DNA of 64,000 bases from the NCBI GenBank assembly GCA_963514005.1, contig OY740797.1:12772001-12836000 (forward strand), in the 5' to 3' direction. Under the pieces are notes generated by a model. That model was not told the DNA's origin, made no database searches, and worked only from the letters and a program-made list of their open reading frames with translations. Shown piece after piece: positions 26,043 to 37,489 of this stretch. The DNA is from Raja brachyura (Eukaryota). The stretch's first letter is position 1; each line of letters starts with the position of its first letter. Position numbers and translations under genes: made by a program.

Positions 26043-27219
26043 GTATGTGCTCATTTTCTATGTTTAAAATGTATTCTGCAAATATTGCTGAATTATGGTA
26101 TCTTGTATATTGGATTATGTCAGGAAATGTTGATGCTATTTGTACACTCCTTACATCGCGTTGGATTTTGATTTCATTGTTAATTTCCGAGCTTTTAGCT
26201 AATATCTTATCTCCATTCACCATGTAGAGGGAATTCATCAAGTTGTTTGGGTGCCAAAATTAAGGAGTATGAAATTAAATCCGATTAAATAGCATTTATT
26301 GGATTCAATCTCAACTTCAAGAAAATAATTGGGATTGGGATAAAATATCAAGATTTCAACAAATTTGACAAAAGTCCATAACATTGATATGGAAATGGAA
26401 AGTAGAATATGAAGGTAATCCAGTGAGAAACATAAACATAAACTGCAAACCTCTTATCTGTATGTGACTAGGAAAAGATTGGTAACATTTAATGTAGATC
26501 ACTTTACAGACTGAGGGAGGAAAAATTATATTACAGAAGAGGGAAATTTAGTTTAGTTTAAATAATTTCCAAGACCCACCTATAGCAGCATTTGTACGTC
26601 AGACTTCACAGCCACAGATCAGGTCAGAAAGGTGATATTGCAGAACCGGACGCCTTCTCATACGAAAAGCCATGCTTTGTAAGAATGGCCCACGAATGTT
26701 TCTGGCTATGCATACGCAAAGTTATTTTGAGCAAATTATATCAAAGCCTGCACTTGTTGTCATGCTGGAGATTGAAAATGCTGGAGTAACTGAAATAGGA
26801 ATGTGGTGGGAAGGGGAGGGGATAAATAGGTCCGCTTCTAGGAGGGAAACATGGGAGAGGGTGAGAAAGAGGTGGGCGTGGGGGAGAAAGGGGAGGGAGG
26901 GAAGGTTGTTAGAAGTTGCCTAAAATTGGAGAATTAAGCAACCCAAGTGGAATATGAGGTGCTGTTCCTGAAGAACCTTTTGACAAAGATGAAAAGCTAA
27001 AGCTCATTGATTAGAACATCTTTTAACACAGAATCCAGTATTGTATTGTATGGTTAACCAAAATGCACTGAAAAGGGTAGTATTTAGTTAATGAAGACTA
27101 AAGGGCCTGTCCCACTTGGCCGCCATTTACGCAACAGGCCGGTAGTGACTGACGGGCAACTGTCGCGCGCGTCATCATGCGTCCGTACAGCTGTCTGGAG
27201 TGCGCGACGTCATTTAAAT

Positions 27220-27276
27220 ACCCAGTTTATGATATTTACCCAGTTTATGATATTTACCCTGTTTATGATATTTATG
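27220..27276. repeat. 18-bp tandem repeat (CCCAGTTTATGATATTTA) x3
   Basis: Directly visible. Confidence 0.85.
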
Positions 27277-27510
27277 GTGATTTTCTAAAATGTTCCCATT
27301 TCTTGAGTGGTGCTACCAATTGAAAAAACTGCAGATGTAATGCTCCTATTCAAAAAAAGAGGTGAATGAAAAGTAGCAAGCTGCAGACCAAATTAATCTG
27401 TGGGAAGGAACTGCAGATGCTGGTTTAAATTGAAGATAGACACAAAATGCAGGAGTAACTCCGCGGGACTGGCAGCATCTCTGGAGAGAAGGAATGGATG
27501 ATGTTTCAGT

Positions 27511-27538
27511 CTGAAGAAGGGTCTCGACCCGAAACGTC
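27511..27538 (+). ncRNA. Minimal type I hammerhead-ribozyme-like motif (Penelope pLTR)
   Basis: CTGAAGA-A-GGGT(CTCG)ACCC-GAAAC-GTC: CUGANGA box, stem II, GAAA box, ACGU palindrome and GUC triplet. Confidence 0.6.
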
Positions 27539-27989
27539 ACCCATTCGACCTGAAACATCACCCTGTCCCACTTGGCCATCATTTACGCGACAGGCCGGTG
27601 GCGCGCAAAGATTTAGTGCAGGACGAAGTCCTGGCACGCTGCGCGGTACAGCGCGCAACTCCACGCCACTCCATGCGCCCGTCCCGCGCTACCCACACGC
27701 TACCAGCTCGCATAAATGGCGCGCAAATGACGGCCAAGTGGGACAGGCCTTTAAGTGTGCAGATGTTTGGAGTCCAGTTCACAGTATTTGGACTCCCTGG
27801 GTATCTCAGGTTGAAGACCCTAAGTTCAGAGCTAACAAAACAAATTGCATGGTGCCAAATTCTTCAATGCATTAACAATAACTTTTACAAATAAAACTTT
27901 AATGTCAGTTTTGTAAAGAGCCCTTTTGTTCACACGAATTCAAAAATTTAGAGTATGTTAGTCTAGTTCACTTTGCATGGAATATATAT

Positions 27990-28690
27990 AGGATGTTTCC
28001 ACTAGTGAGGGAGTCTAGGACCAGAGGTCATGGCCTCAGAATAAAAGGGCATACCTTAAGAAAGAAGATGAGGAGGAATTTATTTGGTGAGAGGGTGGTG
28101 CATCTGTGGAATTCATTGCCACAGAAGGCTGCGGAGATCAAGTCAATGGATATTTTAAACGTGGAGATTGATAGATTCTTGATTAGTATGGATGTCAGGG
28201 GTTATGGGGAGAAGGCAGGAGAATGGGGTAGAGAGGAGAGATAGATAGAAACATAGAAACATAGAAAATAGGTGCAGGAGTAGGCCCTTCGGCCCTTCGA
28301 GCCTGCACCGCCATTCAATGTGATCATGGCTGATCATCCAACTCAGTATCCCGTACCTGCCTTCTCTCCATACCCCCTGATCCCTTTAGCCACAAGTGCC
28401 ACATCTAACGCCCTCTTAAATATAGCCAATGAACTGGCCTCAACTACCTTCTGTGGCAGAGAATTCCAGAGACTCACGACTCTCTGTGTAAAGAATGTTT
28501 TCCTCATTTCGGTCCTAAAGGAATTCCCCCTTATCCTTAGACTGTGACCCCTTGTTCTGGACTCCCCCAACATCGGGAACAATCTTCCAGCATCTAGCTT
28601 GTCCAACCCCTTAAGATCAGCTATGATTGAATGGTGGAGTAGACTTGATGGGCCAAATGGCCTAATTCTGCTCCTACAATTTATGAACAA
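27990..28690. mobile_element. CR1 3' end (+) interrupted by an antisense CR1 3' end (~28245-28616, -)
   Basis: MFPLVRESRTRGH...WNSLPQK on + and LFPMLGESRTRGHSL...WNSLPQK on -. The (ATAGAAAC)n tail is at ~28245 and the host 3' UTR resumes at ~28616. Confidence 0.85.
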
Positions 28691-28817
28691 ATGAATTTAT
28701 ATAATCCTCTGGTTGAATTCTGTAGTTCATTAAAAAATTGATTTTTGAACTGCTGAGCATGAGGATTATAAGATGCTTTCTTAGCAGCATTGTATTTACG
28801 TCTGTTTATTCTTTTAG

Positions 28818-28950
28818 TATGAATATATGCAGAGGCATTTCACTCAGTTGAAAATGGAACACAATACCCTATTGGACGTGAACAAGAATATGACTCTTGA
28901 TCGAGACAAACTGAATGCAGAAGTTGAACTACTAAGAACTAAAGTGCCAG
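28818..28950 (+). CDS. TSNAXIP1: TSNAXIP1 exon (YEYMQRHFTQLKMEHNTLLDVN...RTKVP)
   Basis: TTTTAG acceptor, CAG|GTAAGT donor, phases 0 to 1. Confidence 0.9.
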
Positions 28951-29976
28951 GTAAGTAACACAAAGCCTCATCTGTCTGGATTAAAAATTAAGTTTCATAC
29001 CTAAAAAAGTTTATTTCATTGTTTTGCAATGGCCATATGTGTTACTCGAGTGTCATTCTTCCATTTGACTAACAAACATATTCGGCAGAGACTCTTGTGT
29101 ACATTGTCTCGTGTCTGTTTCTACCATTCTTTTTGCTGATTCCCTAATTTCCACAGATGCCTTTGAAATCTGAGGTCTCTCTATTAAGTTTTAAACCTGG
29201 AAAACCATACACGTATCATCAAAAAGCAGCTCTGATTTGCCTGAAATATGCCATACAGAATCCGAGGACTGATATCTGCTTTTTGTAAAATGAAAATGTA
29301 ATGCCAACTCCAGTGTTAATGTATTTCTTTCCAGATCTGCTGGCCATGTATGAGCAATACATTGAAAGTGTGGAATACTTCATCTTGTATTTACTCTAAT
29401 TATTTTCACACAGTCCCATTAAGTGTAGCCTGATTTTCCATGAAGTCCACTCCACATTCGTTCAAATTATAGATCTACTGATACCTACTTATCAGAGGAA
29501 AATGATGAAATTATTTCTTTACAATTCATTTGTGGCGTCATTTGGTTGTGTACACGTTGGTTCCTGTTCCTGTACCATGGAATTGCTTAAATTATTGACG
29601 TACTTAGATATATTGTGCACAGATTGGCAAGACATGAATTCACGATGCCCTCATTAGACATTAGGGACAATTCTAGTGTTAGCAGCCATAGCCAAAGAGA
29701 AGTCTGTTGTTGACTATGTGCTTGTAGGAGATAATCTAATAATACTTTTGGAAAACAGATCTCCTTTATGCTGCTTGTTCAAATGTGGATAGCTGTGCCC
29801 ATGTACTTTGCATCATATTGCTTTATGTACTGATGACAAGTTCACTTTTCTTATGTCATCATTATCATCAATTATGGGTCCCATAAAACAGATCTGTAGT
29901 CCTCAGACAACCTGTGAAAACAATTATTTGTCTTAGTTTAACCTGAATTAATATGCAGCAAATTAATGCATTTTAT

Positions 29977-30075
29977 GTCTGAAGAAGGGTCTCGACCCAA
30001 ACGTCACCCATTCCTTCCTTCTCTTTTGTATCTATCTTCGATTTAAACCAGCATCTGCAGTTCTTTCCTACACAT
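29977..30075 (+). repeat. Penelope-like pLTR repeat with hammerhead-like core
   Basis: GTCTGAAGAAGGGTCTCGACCCAAACGTCACCC...GCATCTGCAGTTCTT. Confidence 0.65.
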
Positions 30076-30084
30076 AATTAGTCT

Positions 30085-30270
30085 TTAGTTTAGCTTTAGA
30101 GATACAGCACGGAAACAGGTCCTTCGGCCCACCAACTCTGCTCTGACTAGCGATCCCTGCACACTAACACTATCCTACACACACTAGGGCCAATTTACAA
30201 ATTTACCAAAGCCAATTAACCTACAAACCCGTACATCTTTGGAGTGTGGAAACAGGGAGAACGTTCAAAC
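30085..30270 (-). mobile_element. Partial HE1-type SINE
   Basis: (TTTAG)n tail and core fragment. Confidence 0.7.
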
Positions 30271-30744
30271 TTTTATTACTTAGCTTGAATCTGGTACACC
30301 TTGCTCTATAAAACCAACATATGACAAATAGTAGTCGTCACAAAATAATGTCAGTAAAGAGTTACAGGTCACCAGAAGCTATCGCAGAGTTTTAAAATAG
30401 ATGAGGACATAAAAGATGCCCCAACTAAAATGTTCTTGAATCAGCAGCTGCTCTTTACATTGAAAAGTTACATTTCAGTCCACTATTGAAAGGTGAATGA
30501 GTGAAACTTGGACCGTTACCTTTCACAGCTATGGATTATTGTGTTTTGTTCAATAGCTGCAGGTTTATTGCCAGGAAATTAAGGATGGTATTACTAAACA
30601 CAGTTTTAGGAATAACTCAAATATAGCATGTGTGGCTGATTAGAGACAATCAGATCTGTAATTGATGGATCATGGCTGAGAACATGATTGAATGTTTTGG
30701 TGAAGTGACTGTAGTAAACAGGAAATGTCTGTGGGTGTGACTAG

Positions 30745-31040
30745 TTTTAGTTTTAAGTTTTAGAGATACAGCGTGGAAACAAGCCGTTCGGCCCACCGAG
30801 TACGCGCTGACTAGTGATCCCCATGCACTAGCACACTATCCTACACGCTAGGGACAATTTACAATTTTTACCGGTCAATTAACCAGAAAACCTGTACCTC
30901 TTTATGGGAGTGTGGGAGGAGACTGGAGCACCCGGGGGAAACCCACGCGGGGAGAACATACAAACTCCGTACAGGCAGAGAACCCAGTTCTCTGGTGCTG
31001 TAAGGCAGCAACTCTACCGCTGCGCCTCCATGCCACCACA
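30745..31040 (-). mobile_element. HE1-type SINE
   Basis: Core, tail and head in reverse orientation. Confidence 0.8.
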
Positions 31041-31771
31041 ACTAGTTTGCATCTTCAGATTACATTGAATAATGTCTCCAATAAAAGAATGATAACTGAA
31101 GAAGTTCATGGGAAAATTGTTGAGGTAATTAAATATATTGTACAGATGTGAACTCACAATGTTGACAAACCTTTGTTCACTATATGTACAGTATTAACTG
31201 ATTTGTTATGCTTGATCATACTGGTAGGAGAAACATGTTATTTATATTGTTATTCATAAATGTTCTTCAGATTTTCTCAACTATTAGATAAAATCTCACA
31301 AAGGCAGAGGAGGTGGCAGAATAATGTATTTCTATTCCTAATTTTGTCTGCCAAACAGACAAAATTAACAGAGTAATTGAATATTTTTAAAATTTGTGTC
31401 GAGGAGTTAGGTGTTGCTGGCAAGGCCAGCTTCTATTGCTCTCCATAATCCTCTCGATAATGTGTTAGTGAACCATCTCCTTGAATGTCAAGATTTGGAT
31501 CAAATGGCGATGCAGGACTGCAATATATCTCCATATTGGGATTGTGTGGGATATCCATGCATCTGCTGGACCTTCTGTCCGATAGAGACTGCAGGTCAGG
31601 GAAGAAGCTGTTGGGATAACATGGACAAATACCAGCAGCATATTTTCTGATGGTGCTACACACAACACCCTCTGTATGCTGGTAGGTTAGGGAGTGCATG
31701 CATTGGTCAGTGGGGTTGTCAATTGTTTGTTTCTTCATACTGGATAGCTCTGACCTTTGAGCATTATTGGT

Positions 31772-31876
31772 GCTGCCTTCTCTGTGGATTGTCACCTTAT
31801 CGTGGTGGAGAAGCTTGTGTCCTCCTGAGATCCTGAGAGCGATGCCGTCTGGAGCTATGCTCCTGGTAGGGCCACC
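31772..31876 (+). mobile_element. 5' end fragment of an RTE (Rex3/Expander-like) LINE
   Basis: TTGTCACCTTATCGTGGTGGAG...GATCCT...TATGCTCCTGGTAGGG resembles recalled RTE 5' UTRs. Confidence 0.5.
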
Positions 31877-32089
31877 TATTTGTTTGTAGAAATATTAACT
31901 AATGTCAGTAACATTTTACGTTGTGGATGATATCTCAAACCAAACCACATATTCAAACCTATATACTAGAAAATAATAGATGCCAATAGTAAATTACATT
32001 TTAGAAAAATGTCACTGGCTGCCCAATAGATTTAAGTTTAATTTAATAATGCAAATCTAATATTTTGTTTTTGCTTGTAATTTGAACAG

Positions 32090-32145
32090 GTAGTCAGATG
32101 GCAGTTAACGTAAATGAAGCAAATCAGGATTACTTTGAAGGACTG
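32090..32145 (+). CDS. TSNAXIP1: TSNAXIP1 short exon (SQMAVNVNEANQDYFEGL)
   Basis: CAG acceptor, GTATGA donor, phases 1 to 0; DYFEGL corresponds to human DFFPGL. Confidence 0.85.
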
Positions 32146-32764
32146 GTATGAGTTTGATAATCATTCATCGAATTTTATTGACAAAATGTTTAGCACACCC
32201 ACCTATACAGTACATATTACAAAAAAAACAGTTACTGGCAGTTTCAGTTGCGTAACCTAAATGATTGATGTGCCTTCTGGCAAAAGGTTGGTGACAGACA
32301 TGACCTTGACCCAGTTAACACAGAAAGTGAGAAAGGTTAATGTGTGGGCTTGGACGCAAGATTTTTTGCACTTTTATCCTTTGTATTTTGAGAACATTGG
32401 TTGAGGTGGTGGGTATAACAGAGATTCGCATTTCTTCCCGTAGATCCAATAGGTTTAAGGCAAATCTAATCTGAAAATAATAAAGCTTTCATCAGCAAAA
32501 ACTGATTATAAAGCGATCTTACTCTGAAATGTCCTCTCACCAACTGGAGAGGGGTCCGAGCTACTATCTACCGCACTGGAGACTGTCAAACTGTTTTTAT
32601 TCAGACTTTACTGGACTTTATCTTGAACTAGATGTTATACCTTTATCCTGTATCTGTACACTGTGGACGGCTTGATTACAATAATTTGTAATCTTTTTGC
32701 TGACTGGATAGCACACAACAAAAACGCTTTTCACAGTACCTTGGTATATGTGACAATAATTTCG

Positions 32765-33080
32765 TTTTTAGTTTTAGTTGTAAAGATACAGCACAGAAAC
32801 AGGCCCTTCAGCCCACCGAGTCCGCACTGACCAGCGATCCCCGCACATTAATACTACACTACACACACTTGGGACAATTTTACATTTATACCAAGCCAAC
32901 TAACCTACAATCCTGTACGTCTTTGGAGTGTGGGAGGAAGCCGCAAATCTTGGAGAAACCCCACCTGGTTACAGGGAGAACGAACAAACTCCGTACAGAT
33001 AAGCATCCCTAGTCAGGATCAAAGCCGGATCTCTGTCGCTGCAAAGCAATAGCAATACCGCCACGTCACCGTGCTGCCCT
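32765..33080 (-). mobile_element. HE1-type SINE
   Basis: Full core and tail in reverse orientation. Confidence 0.8.
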
Positions 33081-33312
33081 CAATAACATATTGAGCTCAA
33101 GTTTAATCTGTAATTGGAGCCTTGTATTTGTAGACCAGTGTGGTTGATTCTTAATTGGTCTGACAAAGATTGTTGTATTAGAATTCTATGTACAATAAAC
33201 AAGCTATCTCACTTATTGGTGGAAGCACTATACATTGTGTCGGTTAAATTGGAACCATTTCCGTGGTTTCAACACAAGAATAGAATACAAGAAGGGGCAG
33301 ACTGAATCCTCA

Positions 33313-33445
33313 GTCTGAAAAAGGGTCTTGACCCAAAATGGCACCTCCTCCTTTTCTCCAGAGATGCTGCCTGACCTACTGAGTTACTCCAGTTTTTTGT
33401 GTCTGTCTTCTACTCAAAGCAGCATCAGCAGTTCCTCCCTACACA
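33313..33445 (+). repeat. Penelope-like pLTR repeat
   Basis: GTCTGAAAAAGGGTCTTGACCCAAAA...TCTCCAGAGATGCTGCCTGACC family motif. Confidence 0.65.
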
Positions 33446-33642
33446 CTGGTTAATAAATGCTTGTTTTACCATCAATGCTCACTTCTTGAGAAATAATTGA
33501 AATAAAACCTTTTGGCTATGATGAAATAGCAGCACTGGACAACATACTAAATGAATTCGTAACTGCCCAGCTAATTCAATATCAATCTATAGGGATACCA
33601 AAAGATGGGGAGAACACAATATTCCTAAAGCATGTGATAACA

Positions 33643-33820
33643 AGGAACTGCAGATGCTGGTTGAAACTAAAAATAGGCACAAAATGCTGGGAGTAACTTG
33701 GCAGGTCAGGCAGCATCAGTGGAGAACATGGATAGACGGCATTTCCAGTTCCAACCCGAAATGTCGCCTATCCATGTTCTTCAGGGATGCTGCCTGACCC
33801 GCTGAGTTATTCCAGGATTT
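33643..33820. repeat. Inverted pair of Penelope-like pLTR repeats
   Basis: GAACATGGATAGACGGCATTTC mirrored by GAAATGTCGCCTATCCATGTTC. Confidence 0.65.
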
Positions 33821-34104
33821 TATTTCTATTCCTAAAGCATGGATTACAACAGAGGCTGAATTTATATCATGCCCTTCGTGGCCGTTGCATGTCCCTGTAC
33901 GGTTTAGAACACTCTCTGCTGTGTTGAATGTTAACATAGTGAAACAGAGCAGTCAATTTGCATACTGCAACGTTCAACATATTTAATCAAAAGATTTGCT
34001 TTGTGATTTTTGTATGAGGGACAGCCGTGAAATCATCTGCATTAATCTTTCCTGTAAACATAAAGCAAGAGTTTCGAGAATATTTACTAATTTTCTTTGT
34101 GTAG

Positions 34105-34233
34105 GGGACTGGAGAAGATGTTGTTGTGTTTCTGCGCCATAATAGTCTTGTCAAGAATGTGAATCTGACCAAGAAGGATTTAATCAATGTGTTGAGGGAA
34201 ATCTGGGAAGAAAAAAGTACAAATGATCATCAG
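34105..34233 (+). CDS. TSNAXIP1: TSNAXIP1 exon (GTGEDVVVFLRHNSLVKNVNLTKKDLINVLREIWEEK...)
   Basis: TAG acceptor, GTATGT donor; resembles human GYGEAIPAFLRFDGLVENKKPSKKDVVNLLKDAWKE. Confidence 0.93.
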
Positions 34234-34534
34234 GTATGTGAACGCACTCCTCAGTATCACATATGTGGCTTTCTCTGAATGTAAATAAGTACTCAAGTAA
34301 ATGGACAGGTATATTTCTAGCTCTGTCTTTTAACAAAACTGAAATCAGCTAAAACGATTGAAGTACATTACAGATGCCATCAACATCCTTCATAGTGGGA
34401 AGAAAAACGTCCAGCCAAAAACGTCCAGTGCTGTCAGTGGCCACAACTGTTCACGGGTGTGACTTTTAAACCCAATCTCATCATTGAGGAAATACCTACG
34501 GACAGTAGAATTGCCTCAACCAGTATAGGGCAGG

Positions 34535-35030
34535 AGTATGTTTTGGCAAGAACAGTTGCTCTGCAGTGGTAATATGTGCAGGTGGAGACAGGCTGTGATA
34601 TCTTCCAAGAAATTGCAAGGAATTGTGGACGCAGCCCAGACCATCACAGAAACCAACTTCCCATCCATTGACTCCATTTACACCTCGCACTGCCTCGGCA
34701 AGGCCACCAACATAATTAAGGACAAGTCGCATCCTGGCCACTCCCTCTTCTCCTCTCTCCCATTGGGCCAAAGGTATAGAAGTGTGAAAATGCACACCTC
34801 CAGGTTCAGGGACAGTTTCTTCCCAGCAGTTATCATACAACTGAATAATCCTACCACAACTAGAGAGCGGTCCTGAACTACTTTCTACCTCATTGGAGAC
34901 TTTCTTTAATTGGAATTTACTGGCTGTATCTTGCACTAAATGTTATTTGCATTATTCCTTCTATCATGTATATGTACATTGTGGAATGCTCGATTCATAA
35001 TCATGTATTGTCTTTCCGCTGACTGGTTAG
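34535..35030 (+). mobile_element. Rex1/Babar-like LINE 3' fragment
   Basis: IIKDKSHPGHSLFS.LP.G.RYRS...RFRDSFFP motif and family 3' UTR. Confidence 0.8.
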
Positions 35031-37370
35031 ACAATAGGTGCAGGAGCAGACATTCAGTCCTTCGAGCCAGCACCGCCATTCACTGTGATCATCGCTGATC
35101 ATCCACATTCAGTACGCCGTTCCTGCCTTCTCACCATATCCCCTGACTCCACTATCTTTAAGAGCTCTATCTAACTCTCTCTTGAAAGCATCCAGAGACT
35201 TGGCCTACCTTCTGAGGCAGAGAATTCACAACTCTCTGGGTGAAACATTTTTCCTCATCTCCGTTCTAAACAGCATATCCCTTATTCTTAAACTGTGGCC
35301 CCTGGTTCTGGATCCCCAATATTGGGAACATGTTTCCTGCCTCTAGCGTGTCCAATTGCTTAATAATTTTACTTGTTTCAATAAGATCCCTTCTCATCCT
35401 TCTAAATTCCAGAGTATACAAGTCCAGCCGCTCCATTCTATTAATATATGACAGTCCCGCCATCCTGGGAATTAACCTTGTGATCCTATGCTGCACTCCC
35501 TCAATAGCAAGAATGTCCTTCCTCAAATTTGGAGACCAAAACGGCATACAATACTCCAGGTGTGGTCTCACTAGGGCCCAGTACAACTGCAGAAGAACCT
35601 CTTTGCTCCTATACTCAACTCCTCTTGTTATGAAGGCCAACATGCCATTCGCTTTCTTCATTGCCTGCTGTACCTGCATGCTTACTTTCATTGACTGATG
35701 AACAAGGACCCCCAGATCTCTTTGTACTTCCCCTTTTCCCAACTTGACACCATTCAGATAATAATCTGCCTTCTTGTTTTTGCCACCAAAGTGGATGACC
35801 TCACATTTATCCACATTAAGCTGCACCTGCCATGCATCTGCCCACTCACCCAACCTGTCCAAGTCACCCTGCATCCTCATTGCATCCTCCTCACAGTACA
35901 CACTGCCACCCAGCTTTGTGTCATCTGCAAATTTGCTAATGTTACTTTTTTCCCTTCATCTAAATCATTAATGTATACTGGAACTGATCCTGAATCTATA
36001 GAACATTGGAAAATGATCACCAATGCATCCACAATTTCTAGAGTCACTTCCTTAAGTACCCTGGGATGCAGACCATCAGGCCCTGGGGATTTATCAACCT
36101 TCAGCCTCATCAGTCTACCCAACACCATTTCCTGCCTAATGTGAATTTCCTTCAGATCCTCCATCACCCTAGGTCCTCTGGCCATTGGGGAGATTGTTTG
36201 TGTCTTCCTTAGTGCAGACAGATCCAAAGTACCTGTTCAACCTGTCTGCCATTTTCTTGTTCTCCATAATAAATTCACCTGTGTCAGTCTTCAAGGGTCC
36301 AACTTGGGTCTTAACTAATATTTTTCTCTTCACATACCTAAAGAACCTGATTTTCCCAGTCTACCTGTGTGTTGAAATCTCCCAGAACAACCGTAGCATT
36401 ACTTTTACTATATGCCAATTTTAACTTGATTCAACTTGTACCCTATATCCAGGCTACTGGTTGGGGGCCTGTAGATAACTCCCATTAGGGTCTTTTTACC
36501 CTTGCCATTCCTCAGTTCTATCCATACTGACTCTACATCTCCTGAATCTATGTCACCCCCCGCAAGGAACTGAATTTCATTCCTCACCGACAGAGCTACC
36601 CCCACCCCCTCTGCCCACCTGTCTGTCATTTCGATGGGACAAATATTCAGTTCCCAGCCCTGGTCCTCTTGCAGCCATGTCTCTGTAATTCCCACAAAAT
36701 CATACTTGCCGATTTCTAACTGAGCCTCAACCTCATCCACTTTATTTATTATACTTCATGCATTCATATATAATACCTTAAATCCATTACTCCCCTCACC
36801 CTTCACATCAATTCCTATTTCACTTGGTCATAGTCTCCTATCCCTTCCTGAGCTTTCTGCCGTTAGTTCTGGTGTCTTTCTTAACTTTTCTTATACTCTC
36901 TTTCCCTTTAACTTCATCCTTATATCTCCAGTTTGTCCCCTCCCCTCCACTATTTAGTTTAAACCCACCCGTGTAGCAGTGGCAAACCTGCCTGCCAGAA
37001 TGCTGGTCCCCCTCCTGTTAAGGTGCAACCTGTTTGTACCTTCCCCCAAAACAGATCCCAGTGGTCCAAGAATCTACATCCCTGCTTCCCACACCAGCTC
37101 CTCAGCCACACATTCAGATCCCCATCTCCCTGTTCCTGCCCTCACCAGCACGAGGAACTGGAAGCAAACCAGAGATAACCACCCTGGAGGTCTTGCTTTT
37201 CAGCCTTCTTCCGAGTTCTCGGAAGTCACGCTGCAGAATGTCTTTCCTCTTCTTCCTGACATCATTGTGCCAACATGCACTACCACTTCCGGCTGCTCAC
37301 CTTCATCCTTGAGGATGCGATGTGATCCGTCAGTGACGTCCCGAATCCTGGCACCAGGAAGGCAACAGAA
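35030..37370 (-). mobile_element. CR1 LINE, multiply deleted (ORF1, endonuclease and RT remnants)
   Basis: RPHLEYC/MQGDLDRL (RT C-terminus), KSPGPDGLHPRVLKE, GITETW/YRPP (APE) and esterase-ORF1 remnants on -. Confidence 0.88.
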
Positions 37371-37489
37371 ACTTTTCATTGTACATGTGACATTTAACTA
37401 AACTCAACAGGCAACATTCATTGACTAGCCACAATATTTTGAGGTAATAAAGGATCTATGCGTCATGGCCATGTACCCACTTGAGAAAA

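Larger units (their letters stand above)
27102..27751. mobile_element. Harbinger-type MITE composite (two left ends, one right end) containing a Penelope-like repeat
   Basis: AGGGCCTGTCCCACTTGGCC at 27102, CCTGTCCCACTTGGCC at ~27562, GGCCAAGTGGGACAGGCCTT ending 27751; TAA on both outer sides. Confidence 0.7.

Noticed and set aside
29335-29367. Possible 33-nt phase-1 TSNAXIP1 micro-exon (DLLAMYEQYIE)
   Set aside because: Good acceptor but weak GTGTGG donor, and no similarity to the missing human segment.
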